From positions 1 to 49,229 of the forward strand of contig CADBUN010000208.1 of the NCBI GenBank assembly GCA_902797825.1: DNA of 49,229 bases. The letters are read 5' to 3'. The first letter of the stretch is position 1; each line of letters opens with the position of its first letter. The DNA comes from an uncultured Ruminococcus sp. Lineage in GTDB: Bacteria; Bacillota; Clostridia; Oscillospirales; Acutalibacteraceae. Of the stretch, positions 18,022-27,431 are shown one piece after another. The translations under genes and the position numbers were made by a program. The notes below the pieces were generated by a model. The model was not told the origin of the DNA, did no database searches, and saw nothing but the letters and a program-made list of their open reading frames with translations.

Positions 18022-19194
18022 TTATTTTCTCCACACCATCTTATTGACGACGCCGGTATAAGACTGGATGATTTTGATTACCTTGTCAGACACATTCTCG
18101 TCGTTATAATCCGGTACCGGAATACCGAGATCACCGTTTTTATTCATCTCTACAGCTGTATCTACAGCCTGCAGCAGGCTCTTTTCATCTATCCCGGCGA
18201 GGATAAAGCACGCTTTATCGAGCGCCTCGGGACGCTCCGTGCTGGTGCGGATACAAACCGCCGGGAACGGCTTACCTACAGAGGTAAAGAAGCTGCTCTC
18301 CTCGGGCAATGTACCGCTGTCGGACACGACCGCAAACGCGTTCATCTGCAAACAATTGTAGTCGTGGAAGCCGAGCGGCTCATGCTGAAGGACACGCTTG
18401 TCCAATTCAAAGCCGCTCTCCTTCAAGCGTTTTGCGGAGCGGGGATGGCAGGAGTACAAGATCGGCATATCGTACTTCTCAGCCATTTTGTTGATCGCCG
18501 TAAACAGGCTGGTAAAGTTCTTTTCGGTATCAATATTCTCTTCTCTATGTGCCGAAAGAAGGATATACTTGCCCTTTTCAAGTCCCAAACGGGCATGGAT
18601 ATCCGACGCTTCGATCTGTGCAAGATTATGATGCAGCACCTCTGCCATCGGGGAACCGGTCACATAGGTGCGCTCCTTCGGCAACCCTGTATCGGCGAGA
18701 TACCTGCGCGCGTGCTCACTGTAAGCAAGGTTGACATCAGAGATAATATCTACAATCCTACGATTGGTCTCCTCGGGCAAACACTCATCCTTGCAGCGGT
18801 TTCCGGCTTCCATATGGAAGATCGGGATATGTAAACGCTTCGCGCCGATTACGCTCAGGCATGAGTTGGTATCGCCGAGCACCAAAACCGCATCGGGCTT
18901 GATTTCAACCATCAGCTGATATGATTTAGCGATGATATTACCCATCGTCTCGCCGAGATCGGCTCCGACCGCGTCAAGATATACATCGGGATCGTCAAGA
19001 GACAGATCCTTAAAGAAAACACCGTTAAGGTTGTAATCATAATTCTGTCCGGTGTGCGCAAGAATCGCATCAAAATACTTGCGCGCCTTGTTGATCACGG
19101 CGGCAAGTCTGATGATCTCAGGTCTTGTCCCGACGATGATCAGCAGCTTTAGCTTGCCGTTATCCTGCCATTTAATGTTTGAAAATCCTGTCAT
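18022..19194 (-). CDS. fnlC: UDP-2-acetamido-2,6-dideoxy-L-talose 2-epimerase (CapG/WbjD)
   Basis: GTRPEIIRL, HTGQNYD, GDTNS, HMEAGNRC, HREEN, SDSGT. Confidence 0.92.
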   Translation of the reverse strand: MTGFSNIKWQDNGKLKLLIIVGTRPEIIRLAAVINKARKYFDAILAHTGQNYDYNLNGVFFKDLSLDDPDVYLDAVGADLGETMGNIIAKSYQLMVEIKPDAVLVLGDTNSCLSVIGAKRLHIPIFHMEAGNRCKDECLPEETNRRIVDIISDVNLAYSEHARRYLADTGLPKERTYVTGSPMAEVLHHNLAQIEASDIHARLGLEKGKYILLSAHREENIDTEKNFTSLFTAINKMAEKYDMPILYSCHPRSAKRLKESGFELDKRVLQHEPLGFHDYNCLQMNAFAVVSDSGTLPEESSFFTSVGKPFPAVCIRTSTERPEALDKACFILAGIDEKSLLQAVDTAVEMNKNGDLGIPVPDYNDENVSDKVIKIIQSYTGVVNKMVWRK

Positions 19195-19203
19195 ACTATC
19201 CTC

Positions 19204-20328
19204 CTAAAGCCCACACTCGGTATAAAACTCTCTGAGCTCTTTCGCCTTTACGGCGTTTCCGGTTTTCATCCAATTTATCTGAGCTTGTATATTATTCTTG
19301 CGATGTCTGACCGCTCCCACTCCGCGCAATACCCACGCATACGGCAACAGCGCTCTCTTTCCCTTAAGCCAAGGGTACATCGACTTCATGCTCTCATAAT
19401 TCGGAAAACATACCTTGAAAAAACGTCTGGCTCTGCCCTCTTCAACAGCGAGAGCCGCGGCGTTTTCACTGTCTCCGAAAACTCCGCCCGCCATAATGAA
19501 ATCAGCAAGCTTCTCGGTCAATTCCGAGCTTTCACCGTCAGCAAACCAGTGATTCGCCAAAGCATTTATATTTTGATAAAACTCATTCAAACCGAGCTTC
19601 TTCAATTCTTGTTCTACATAATCCCTGTCCAAAACGATCCGGGAATATACGTATACATCCATGATAAACCGAATCCCGGCTCCGCCCTCTTTGAAATGCT
19701 CGGAAAGATGAACCACATTAAATATCATTTCATCCTCTAAGGTCATTTCGTAAGTATATTTCATACCCTCTTTAGGGTGAGCCATATTCCAAATGTTTTG
19801 ATAGTAATCAGCATACTTTGAGCCTGACTCCACTAGCTCGCGGTGCGCTTCAACGGTAATATACGGCGGACGGGAGTAGGTGTCGTTTTTGCGACCTTCT
19901 TGGTAATCGCCATACCCGAGCGACAGCATCAAAGCCTTGAATACATGATGCTGCTCAGGCTTGTACAGTAAATCAATATCTCCCATGGAGCGCATGACCT
20001 CATCCGGGTAACGCCGCTTGGTAACAGCGCCCTTAACAACAAGGTTATAGATGCCGTTTTTCTCCATCACTTGCTGCATCTCAACGACAGCGTCAAGTTG
20101 ATTGGCAGAACAAGCAGCCTCCTGTGCGATGACCGTGAACAAATCGTTTTGTATGCCGGTGTCCGGCTGATGATCGGTAATGCTTTGGGCATAGAGAGCA
20201 ACATATTGTAATAATCCATGCTGTTTGGCCAATTGCATCAGCTTATTCCAATCAGAAATGTTTATCTCACAGACGGTATTATTCAGTTGTGAAGCGATAA
20301 TACGCAAAAGCTCATTTTGTTCGCTCAA
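19204..20328 (-). CDS. Uncharacterised nucleotidyltransferase (NTP_transf_5-like)
   Basis: KG...YP...RSMGDIDLL, VEAH, H...GGAGIRFIMD. Confidence 0.8.
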   Translation of the reverse strand: MSEQNELLRIIASQLNNTVCEINISDWNKLMQLAKQHGLLQYVALYAQSITDHQPDTGIQNDLFTVIAQEAACSANQLDAVVEMQQVMEKNGIYNLVVKGAVTKRRYPDEVMRSMGDIDLLYKPEQHHVFKALMLSLGYGDYQEGRKNDTYSRPPYITVEAHRELVESGSKYADYYQNIWNMAHPKEGMKYTYEMTLEDEMIFNVVHLSEHFKEGGAGIRFIMDVYVYSRIVLDRDYVEQELKKLGLNEFYQNINALANHWFADGESSELTEKLADFIMAGGVFGDSENAAALAVEEGRARRFFKVCFPNYESMKSMYPWLKGKRALLPYAWVLRGVGAVRHRKNNIQAQINWMKTGNAVKAKELREFYTECGL

Positions 20329-20899
20329 CCTGTCTGTCCTTTCGTTTCTTCTTTATGAATCGGAAAACCTTAGCTGTCATCCGCGCGATCAATAAACCGA
20401 TCAATCCACCGACAAAGTTATTGATGATATCCGATATCTCAAAGACGCCTCTGCCTGTAAAAAGCTGCGTGAACTCGATGATGACGGGAGTCAATAATAA
20501 TACTGTGACACAGAATACGTTTTTCTTATACCTTGAAATCAGTAAACCGACAGGAATGAACAGCGCCATATTAAAAACTATATCCGTCAAATTGATCTGA
20601 TCATTGAGAAATGCATTTTTATAGGTGATAAACAGTGTTGAAATATCACTCTTTGATCCTCCGCTTCTTCCCAAAACAGTAATAGAAATCAAAAATGTAT
20701 AGTACAGCGCAGAGACAATAATATAAACAACCGAAATCTTTTTTCTGAATACTCTTTCTGTAACCATCAGTAATATAACAAATAAGGCAAAGCATATCAA
20801 TGCCTCAAATAGATTTACATTAGGCAAGTAGTATTCGAGCTCTTTTTTTATTGTTAAATACAGCAAATACAAAGACCAGCGTATATATTTCACAAACAT
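20312..20899 (-). CDS. vanZ: VanZ family membrane protein
   Basis: FNMALFIPVG, IEFTQ...RGVFEISDIINNFVGG. Confidence 0.85.
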   Translation of the reverse strand: MFVKYIRWSLYLLYLTIKKELEYYLPNVNLFEALICFALFVILLMVTERVFRKKISVVYIIVSALYYTFLISITVLGRSGGSKSDISTLFITYKNAFLNDQINLTDIVFNMALFIPVGLLISRYKKNVFCVTVLLLTPVIIEFTQLFTGRGVFEISDIINNFVGGLIGLLIARMTAKVFRFIKKKRKDRQVERTK

Positions 20900-21222
20900 A
20901 ATACTATTACTCGATCATATTCTCCCTTTTTCGATCCTTATCGCTGATGTTCAACAGCACGCCGGTTAGGGAACAGTTCTCAATTCATGGCATTTCTTTC
21001 TCTCATGATGCCGGATACAATATTTTATTATGATTCCGAATCAATGCATTATCCGGTATTTGGTTTTAGAATACTGATACCTGCTCGATTCCTTTTGACT
21101 ATCCTTATTAGGCATCCGGTTCGGATATCGAATCGAATGCCTATCTTACACAGGCGGTTGTAATGTCATTGAGAATCGGTCATTTGCAAAAGACGCTTCT
21201 GTCGGTTCAATCATATTGTTTC

Positions 21223-22260
21223 TCATTTATCCTTTAACTGCTCCTGCACATAATCAGTAGTCAGTATCTTTTCGACAGTCCCGTCTACATCCAACAGCCT
21301 TGTATTATGACTGGTATAGGACTCGTCCGACTCTGTTTGAACTTGTCCTTTTACAACGAACTTATCGTAATTCAGATCGCGGCTGTCTGCCGCTACGCGG
21401 AAGTAATCGCCCATATCCTCGGAGCGCAGACGCTCTTCGCGCGTCATCAGCGTCTCATATAGCTTCTCACCGTGGCGTGTCCCGATGATTTGCGTACCGG
21501 TATCGCCGAACAGCTTCTGAACCGCCTGAGCCAGTACGCCGATTGTAGAGGCGTCCGCCTTTTGAATAAACAGATCGCCGGGATTTGCGTGTTCAAACGC
21601 AAACTTGACCAAATCGACCGCCTCATCCAGATTCATCAGAAAACGCGTCATCTCGGGATTGGTGATTGTAATAGGATTGCCTGCCTTGATCTGATCGATA
21701 AACAGCGGAATAACCGAACCGCGACTGCACATCACATTACCGTAGCGCGTACAGCAGATGACTGTTCCGCCGCGCTCAGCCGCTACGCGCGCGTTAGCGT
21801 AAATGACGTGCTCCATCATCGCCTTGCTGATGCCCATCGCGTTGATCGGATAAGCCGCTTTGTCCGTCGAAAGGCATACAACACGCTTGACGCCGCAGTC
21901 GATCGCGGCGTGCAGCATATTATCGGTGCCCTCTACGTTAGTGCGAACAGCCTCCATCGGGAAGAACTCACAAGACGGCACCTGCTTCAACGCGGCGGCA
22001 TGGAATATGTAGTCAACGCCCCACATCGCGTCTTTGATTGACTGTGCGTTGCGCACATCACCGATATGGAATTTTACTTTTTTGGCGTATTCGGGATAAC
22101 GCGCCTGAAGCTCATGGCGCATATCATCCTGCTTCTTCTCATCTCGGGAGAAGATGCGTATTTCACCGATATCACTTGTCAAAAAGTGCTTGAGTACGGT
22201 ATTACCAAACGAACCCGTACCACCTGTTATCATTAATGTTGCTCCGTTAAATGATGACAT
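21223..22260 (-). CDS. fnlA: UDP-GlcNAc 4,6-dehydratase/5-epimerase (CapE/WbjB)
   Basis: TGGTGSFG, FSRDEKKQDDMR, AAALKQVPSCEFFP, STDKA, TRYGNV. Confidence 0.93.
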   Translation of the reverse strand: MSSFNGATLMITGGTGSFGNTVLKHFLTSDIGEIRIFSRDEKKQDDMRHELQARYPEYAKKVKFHIGDVRNAQSIKDAMWGVDYIFHAAALKQVPSCEFFPMEAVRTNVEGTDNMLHAAIDCGVKRVVCLSTDKAAYPINAMGISKAMMEHVIYANARVAAERGGTVICCTRYGNVMCSRGSVIPLFIDQIKAGNPITITNPEMTRFLMNLDEAVDLVKFAFEHANPGDLFIQKADASTIGVLAQAVQKLFGDTGTQIIGTRHGEKLYETLMTREERLRSEDMGDYFRVAADSRDLNYDKFVVKGQVQTESDESYTSHNTRLLDVDGTVEKILTTDYVQEQLKDK

Positions 22261-22305
22261 AATACCCTCCAAATCAAATATGAGATCAAATGATGATATC
22301 CTTAT

Positions 22306-23358
22306 TTATCCGATCTCGGTCTTTATGCTGAATTTTTCAATGAGATGCTGTAATCCGGGATGATTATGCGCCTTGTCGGCAAATAATTTAATATGATAAT
22401 TATACTGCCATAACAGCGGCTTTTTGTTGATCAAGCGCGCTTCTTTCAGTATTTCTTCCCGGCATTGGCTGCAATCCTCGTTTTCTAAAAGCGTCCCTAT
22501 TGTGTTTTGTATCTGTTTACAAACGGGATCAAAACAAAAGTCACGATAATGGGCGATATAGTGCTTATAAATCACAACACAGGCTGTCAGCGCTTTGTTC
22601 ACGGCATACCCCACAAAAGCAGGATACTTCTCACGGACAAAATCGAGTTGTTCCAATGAGGCATAGACAAAATCCGTTGTATGCTTTTTAAATTTTTGGC
22701 TGTGAGAAATCCCCTCACTGTTATAACGATAATAATAAAAATCCCTGTTTGTAACAGCAACCGTTTCTGCTTTATCAAACACCTTATAGGTCGTATACAC
22801 ATCTTCATACAGCTTACCTTCGGGATATCTGATACCGTCAAACAGCGCTCGCTTATACATCTTATTTACCGCATAATCTCCGAATCCGTCTGATCGCAGC
22901 AAAAACTGTATTGCTTCTTCAGCCCGATACGTTCCCTCCTCAGAATGAACACAAACAGCATGATGTGCCGTGTTATTGTGATAAAAGAACAGGATACCGC
23001 ACGTCACAATATCGGCATTCTTTTCCTGCGCAGTATGTAACAGATAAGAAAACATTTCGGAAGAAACAACGTCGTCGCTGTCAACAAAGCACACATAATC
23101 ACCGACTGCTAGCTCTAAACCGGCATTTCTGGCGGAAGAGAGACCGCCGTTTTCTTTATGGATTACTTCAATTCTGTCGTGTTTTGCTGCGTAATCTTCA
23201 CAGATTTTTCCGCTTCTGTCAGATGAACCGTCATCTACAAGAATGATTTGCATTTCGGCATCATTCTTCAGCACACTGTCAATACATTCACAGAGATAGG
23301 GTTCCACATTATAAACCGGAATGATAACAGATAGCGCAGTATTTTTGTCTTCTTTCAA
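22306..23358 (-). CDS. Glycosyltransferase family 2
   Basis: IIPVYNVE, VDDGS, GLSSARN, FVDSDD. Confidence 0.92.
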   Translation of the reverse strand: MKEDKNTALSVIIPVYNVEPYLCECIDSVLKNDAEMQIILVDDGSSDRSGKICEDYAAKHDRIEVIHKENGGLSSARNAGLELAVGDYVCFVDSDDVVSSEMFSYLLHTAQEKNADIVTCGILFFYHNNTAHHAVCVHSEEGTYRAEEAIQFLLRSDGFGDYAVNKMYKRALFDGIRYPEGKLYEDVYTTYKVFDKAETVAVTNRDFYYYRYNSEGISHSQKFKKHTTDFVYASLEQLDFVREKYPAFVGYAVNKALTACVVIYKHYIAHYRDFCFDPVCKQIQNTIGTLLENEDCSQCREEILKEARLINKKPLLWQYNYHIKLFADKAHNHPGLQHLIEKFSIKTEIG

Positions 23359-23390
23359 AAACTACCTCTCCTGACTCAGGGTACAAATAC

Positions 23391-24218
23391 CTATTTCTTC
23401 TTGCCGGTTAGAAATTTATCTTTTAAGATTTCTGCTAACAGCAAATTATAATGATTCCATTTCAGATTATTCTTGGATAATGCCGTTTCCTCTGCTTCTG
23501 CTTTAACGGATTCCACATTAAAATAATCCTCCTTGGGACGCATCAGAATAACGCATTCACTATCCGGATGCAGCCTTTGACGGGCAAATTCACGTCCCAA
23601 CAAGCGATAATCGCGTCTGAATACCAGGTATCTGTTCACATAGGATTCATCATGCCATAAGGCAATCACATCCTTTTTCAGATCCCGGTCGATCCTGTCT
23701 GATATCGTTTTGGTCATCCTCATGAACGCTTTTGACGTTCCCCCGAGAATACACGCCTGTATGTACACCTTTCCCAAGCCGTAGGGGATATACGCTTTTG
23801 AGTGAAAATTCCTGTCATACGGATTATTCAGAACAGACCAGTTGAAGCTGGGATGCTTAACCATCACTAATGATTCCTTAAATTCTTTTCGCGGAAGTAT
23901 CATTTCTTCCGTGATCTGCATCCGCGCTTCGGCATTCGAATTAAAGAAGAAAATATAATCATACGATTTAAGCTCTTTTTCAATTTTCAAAAACATCTTA
24001 AATCTCAGTAATGTCGGATACGGCCAAGGCAGAGCCTCCTGATAAATGCGGTGAATCCGATGATTGTCTTGTTCATATTCTATCGAATCGGCATCGGTGA
24101 AAACATAATAATCCTTGCTGCATGATGTTAAAAACAGTTTCTCGAAGCTTTCATAGAATTCCTTCCACAAGACCTGATATTTTCCTGTACAGATATACAG
24201 GATCGCTATTTTTTGCAA
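23391..24218 (-). CDS. Glycosyltransferase family 6 (ABO/alpha-Gal synthase family)
   Basis: IAILYICTGKY, YVFTD, WP..TLLRF, NSN in place of DXD, WHDESYVNRY; GAGGAG RBS before TTG 24218. Confidence 0.88.
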   Translation of the reverse strand: MQKIAILYICTGKYQVLWKEFYESFEKLFLTSCSKDYYVFTDADSIEYEQDNHRIHRIYQEALPWPYPTLLRFKMFLKIEKELKSYDYIFFFNSNAEARMQITEEMILPRKEFKESLVMVKHPSFNWSVLNNPYDRNFHSKAYIPYGLGKVYIQACILGGTSKAFMRMTKTISDRIDRDLKKDVIALWHDESYVNRYLVFRRDYRLLGREFARQRLHPDSECVILMRPKEDYFNVESVKAEAEETALSKNNLKWNHYNLLLAEILKDKFLTGKKK

Positions 24219-24228
24219 TGTATTCTCC

Positions 24229-25251
24229 TCACAAATCAATGTTGTGTTTTTTCAGAAAACGATATTCATTTGTTAAAGATTGATGATATCTTACATGGGT
24301 AACGATCTCCGGTGGGAAAGAATAATAATCTCCAAAATTCATTTCTAAAAAGTGGCTGTAATCGGGGAAAGCATCATATTGTTTCCCCTCAAAGGTTACC
24401 GCATCCTTTTCTAAGGGGTAGCAGCTGTCATATTCACAAAGGAGAGGCATAGGTCTGCTGTAGTTCTCAAAACTGCAAAGACAGTAATTGCCATTCTCGT
24501 TCAAAGGCGTATCCTTTTTGTGCTTGTGATATAACTCTTTAAAAATAGGATTTAACGCCGGGATAGGCTGGTCTTTTTTGGTAATGGAATAATCCTTGTT
24601 GGACATCATTACCGCCCGAACCTCTTCGCTTAATCTCCTGTGAGCTTGCGCTATTTGGTCTTTTGCCAAATCGTAGCCTCCGGGAGAAATCTCGACTCTG
24701 TCAAACGGAAAGACGTCTACCCAAAAAACCTCCGAATCCTTATGACGGACTTTGATTGTTTTTTCTCCTACCGGCGTATAATAATGTTCGATCGTCAACT
24801 CTGAATCCGCTTTAATCGCTGCTTCCAGCCTTGGATAATCGGCTCGTTCGACCGCAATGTCAATATCATCGTCCCAAGGAATAAAGCCCTGATGTCTGAC
24901 TGCGCCGAGTATCGTCCCTCCGGAAAGCGAAAAGCGAATCTCTTTATTATCACAGATTGTTTTTATCCTTTGCAGGATATAATTAGAGCCTAATTGAATA
25001 CAGCGCAGATCACCCTCGGCCTTCGGCAAATCCAGAAATACCCTCTTCTTGGTATCCGACAGACTCTCTCCTTCTTTTCTCTGCGACAGCCAAAAAAGGT
25101 AATCGGTTCTTTTGCTTAATTGGTTAATACTGTTTTGGCTGCTGTTTTTCACGGAGTCGATATAAAGCGATAATTCTTCATTAACCGAACGTAACTGATC
25201 GGATACTCTCAATGAAGGTATCAGCTTTTTCAATAAACTCTTTAACCTCAT
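24229..25251 (-). CDS. licD: LicD family phosphotransferase
   Basis: GTILGAVRHQGFIPWDDDIDI, VDVFPFD. Confidence 0.9.
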   Translation of the reverse strand: MRLKSLLKKLIPSLRVSDQLRSVNEELSLYIDSVKNSSQNSINQLSKRTDYLFWLSQRKEGESLSDTKKRVFLDLPKAEGDLRCIQLGSNYILQRIKTICDNKEIRFSLSGGTILGAVRHQGFIPWDDDIDIAVERADYPRLEAAIKADSELTIEHYYTPVGEKTIKVRHKDSEVFWVDVFPFDRVEISPGGYDLAKDQIAQAHRRLSEEVRAVMMSNKDYSITKKDQPIPALNPIFKELYHKHKKDTPLNENGNYCLCSFENYSRPMPLLCEYDSCYPLEKDAVTFEGKQYDAFPDYSHFLEMNFGDYYSFPPEIVTHVRYHQSLTNEYRFLKKHNIDL

Positions 25252-25263
25252 ACAATCCCTCTG

Positions 25264-26535
25264 TTAATCAATTACTTCAAGCTCCGGTAAAAGAATGTTT
25301 CCGAAATACCTGCTCTGCCAGTCGATGGGCTCCGGTCCTTGAACAATATTAAAATACAAACCATGAACCACTTCTATGTTCACGTGACTGCCGTTTGAAA
25401 GCTTATGAAAAAAGGTAAAATTTGTCGTATATTTACCGGTAACAAGATTCGGCATTTCGAGCATAAATTTTATGCTACCTTTTTCGCCTTTTTTCCCGGA
25501 GTAAAAATCAGGATAGATAGACGCAGCAATCGGCGTGCGATCAAACTTCAGGATCTCGACGCGCAAGCTCATATCCTGAATATCTTCACGATTCTCCCAG
25601 TTGATTTCAATCGGAAGCTTATCGCTGTTTCGATCAAATAAGATATCATCTTTGTCGATAAAACGAGCCGATTCGATCTTAACCTTTGGATTCTTTAACC
25701 GGTTCATTTCCGGGAAATTCTTATACTCGATATAAGGTGACTCTATGCTTTCGGCCTGTAAATAAATGTTGATCGCTTCTTCAACGTCGCCCGAATAAAT
25801 GATTTTCCCGTGACTCATTACGATACATTTTTCGCACAGCTGTCGTATCGTACTCATGTTATGGCTGACATACAGGATGGTTCTTCCTTCCGACTGAGAA
25901 ACCTCGCTCATCTTATTCAAGCACTTTTTCTGGAAAGCCACGTCGCCGACCGCCAATACCTCATCCATAATGAGGATCTCCGAATCAAGATGGGCTGCTA
26001 CCGAAAAAGCCAGCTTAACATACATACCCGATGAATAACGTTTCACAGGCGTATCAATAAACTGACCACACTCGGAAAACGCAATGATCTGATCCATTTT
26101 TGCGTCAACTTCGGCTTTTGTCATGCCCAGAATCGCACCGTTTAGATAGATGTTTTCACGCCCGGTCAGCTCACCGTTAAAGCCGGTTCCGACCTCAAGC
26201 ATAGAAGAGATCCTGCCGTCAATGCATATTTTTCCCTCCGTGGGAGCGGTAACCCGGGATAACAGCTTTAATAAAGTCGATTTACCGGCGCCGTTATGTC
26301 CGATGATTCCGAGGCGCTGTCCCTTTTCAACAGTCAGGTCGATTCCGTCAAGCGCCATAAAGGTTGCGTTTTTTTGATGCTGTTTCGAGCCGACCACAGA
26401 GTTGGGATCTTCCTTTCCTCTTTTTCTGGCCCACCAGCTCTGGATATCGCCCTGAAGCGTACCGCCTCCGATAACACCCAGACGATACCTCTTCTTTAAG
26501 CCTGATATTTGAATCGCTATGTCTTTTTCTTCCAT
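25264..26535 (-). CDS. wzt: Polysaccharide ABC exporter ATPase with extended C-terminal domain
   Basis: GHNGAGKST, YSSGM, DEVLAVGD; ~150-aa C-terminal extension. Confidence 0.93.
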   Translation of the reverse strand: MEEKDIAIQISGLKKRYRLGVIGGGTLQGDIQSWWARKRGKEDPNSVVGSKQHQKNATFMALDGIDLTVEKGQRLGIIGHNGAGKSTLLKLLSRVTAPTEGKICIDGRISSMLEVGTGFNGELTGRENIYLNGAILGMTKAEVDAKMDQIIAFSECGQFIDTPVKRYSSGMYVKLAFSVAAHLDSEILIMDEVLAVGDVAFQKKCLNKMSEVSQSEGRTILYVSHNMSTIRQLCEKCIVMSHGKIIYSGDVEEAINIYLQAESIESPYIEYKNFPEMNRLKNPKVKIESARFIDKDDILFDRNSDKLPIEINWENREDIQDMSLRVEILKFDRTPIAASIYPDFYSGKKGEKGSIKFMLEMPNLVTGKYTTNFTFFHKLSNGSHVNIEVVHGLYFNIVQGPEPIDWQSRYFGNILLPELEVID

Positions 26536-26547
26536 GATTAACCCCAA

Positions 26548-27390
26548 TCAAACAGTGTCCATAAAGGTTTTCTCAACCTTATTAAACATGATAATACCTA
26601 AGAATAATACGATGAAGGTGACAATCCAACTCAAGCCCCAAAAAACCCACGGCGTAGTACCGGAGCCTAGCCAACCGTATCTCATCAATTCAACAATCGG
26701 CGACATCGGATTGAGCATAATGGCAGTATACATCTTCGGAGATAGAGAAGAAGCGGCATAGATAATAGGCGTCGCGTACATCCACAGAGATACGCCAAAG
26801 CCCACCAATACCTGTAAATCTCTGTATTTTGTCGTCAGTGAGGATACAATAATGCCGAAGCCCATACCGAGCATCGCCATTTCTAAGATCAGCAACGGCG
26901 TTAATGCCGCTACCCATGTAATATGTACCGCTGAGCCACGGAGCATAAAGTATATCGTAAATCCTAAAAACATGACAAATTGTATCAAAAAGTTCAGGAC
27001 AGAAGATATCACCGTTGCAATCGGTGTGGTAAGCCTGGGGAAATAAACCTTTCCGAATACGCCGGCATTCCCGACAAATGTATTGGAAGTGGAGGTTAAA
27101 CAGGTCGAAAAATACAGCCACGGAACATTACCCGCCATATAAAACAAAAACTGGGGTACGCCATCGGTAGGAAGCCCTGCCAGATTACCGAATACAAAGG
27201 TTTGTACAATCGTCGTAAAAAGCGGCTGAACGATAAACCACAACGGTCCGAGGAGCGTTTGCTTATATCTTGTTTTGAAATCTCTTTGGACAAAAAGCCA
27301 GATCAGATCCTTGTATCGCCAAACCTCCTTTAGCTTTAAGTCCATTAAATTGTTACTCGGTTCGATCACCGCTGTCCATTTCTTTTCCAT
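26548..27390 (-). CDS. wzm: Polysaccharide ABC exporter permease
   Basis: RDFKTRYKQTLLG..W, KVYFPR, YRD, TPIIY, LNP. Confidence 0.93.
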   Translation of the reverse strand: MEKKWTAVIEPSNNLMDLKLKEVWRYKDLIWLFVQRDFKTRYKQTLLGPLWFIVQPLFTTIVQTFVFGNLAGLPTDGVPQFLFYMAGNVPWLYFSTCLTSTSNTFVGNAGVFGKVYFPRLTTPIATVISSVLNFLIQFVMFLGFTIYFMLRGSAVHITWVAALTPLLILEMAMLGMGFGIIVSSLTTKYRDLQVLVGFGVSLWMYATPIIYAASSLSPKMYTAIMLNPMSPIVELMRYGWLGSGTTPWVFWGLSWIVTFIVLFLGIIMFNKVEKTFMDTV

Positions 27391-27431
27391 ATATCTCCCT
27401 CTTCATTGAAACGCTGTAAAGCTTATCCTAG

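Noticed and set aside
11484-21222. Integron-like attC repeats in the large spacers (11484-11760, 13700-13920, 20900-21222)
   Set aside because: No shared repeat could be seen between the spacers by eye
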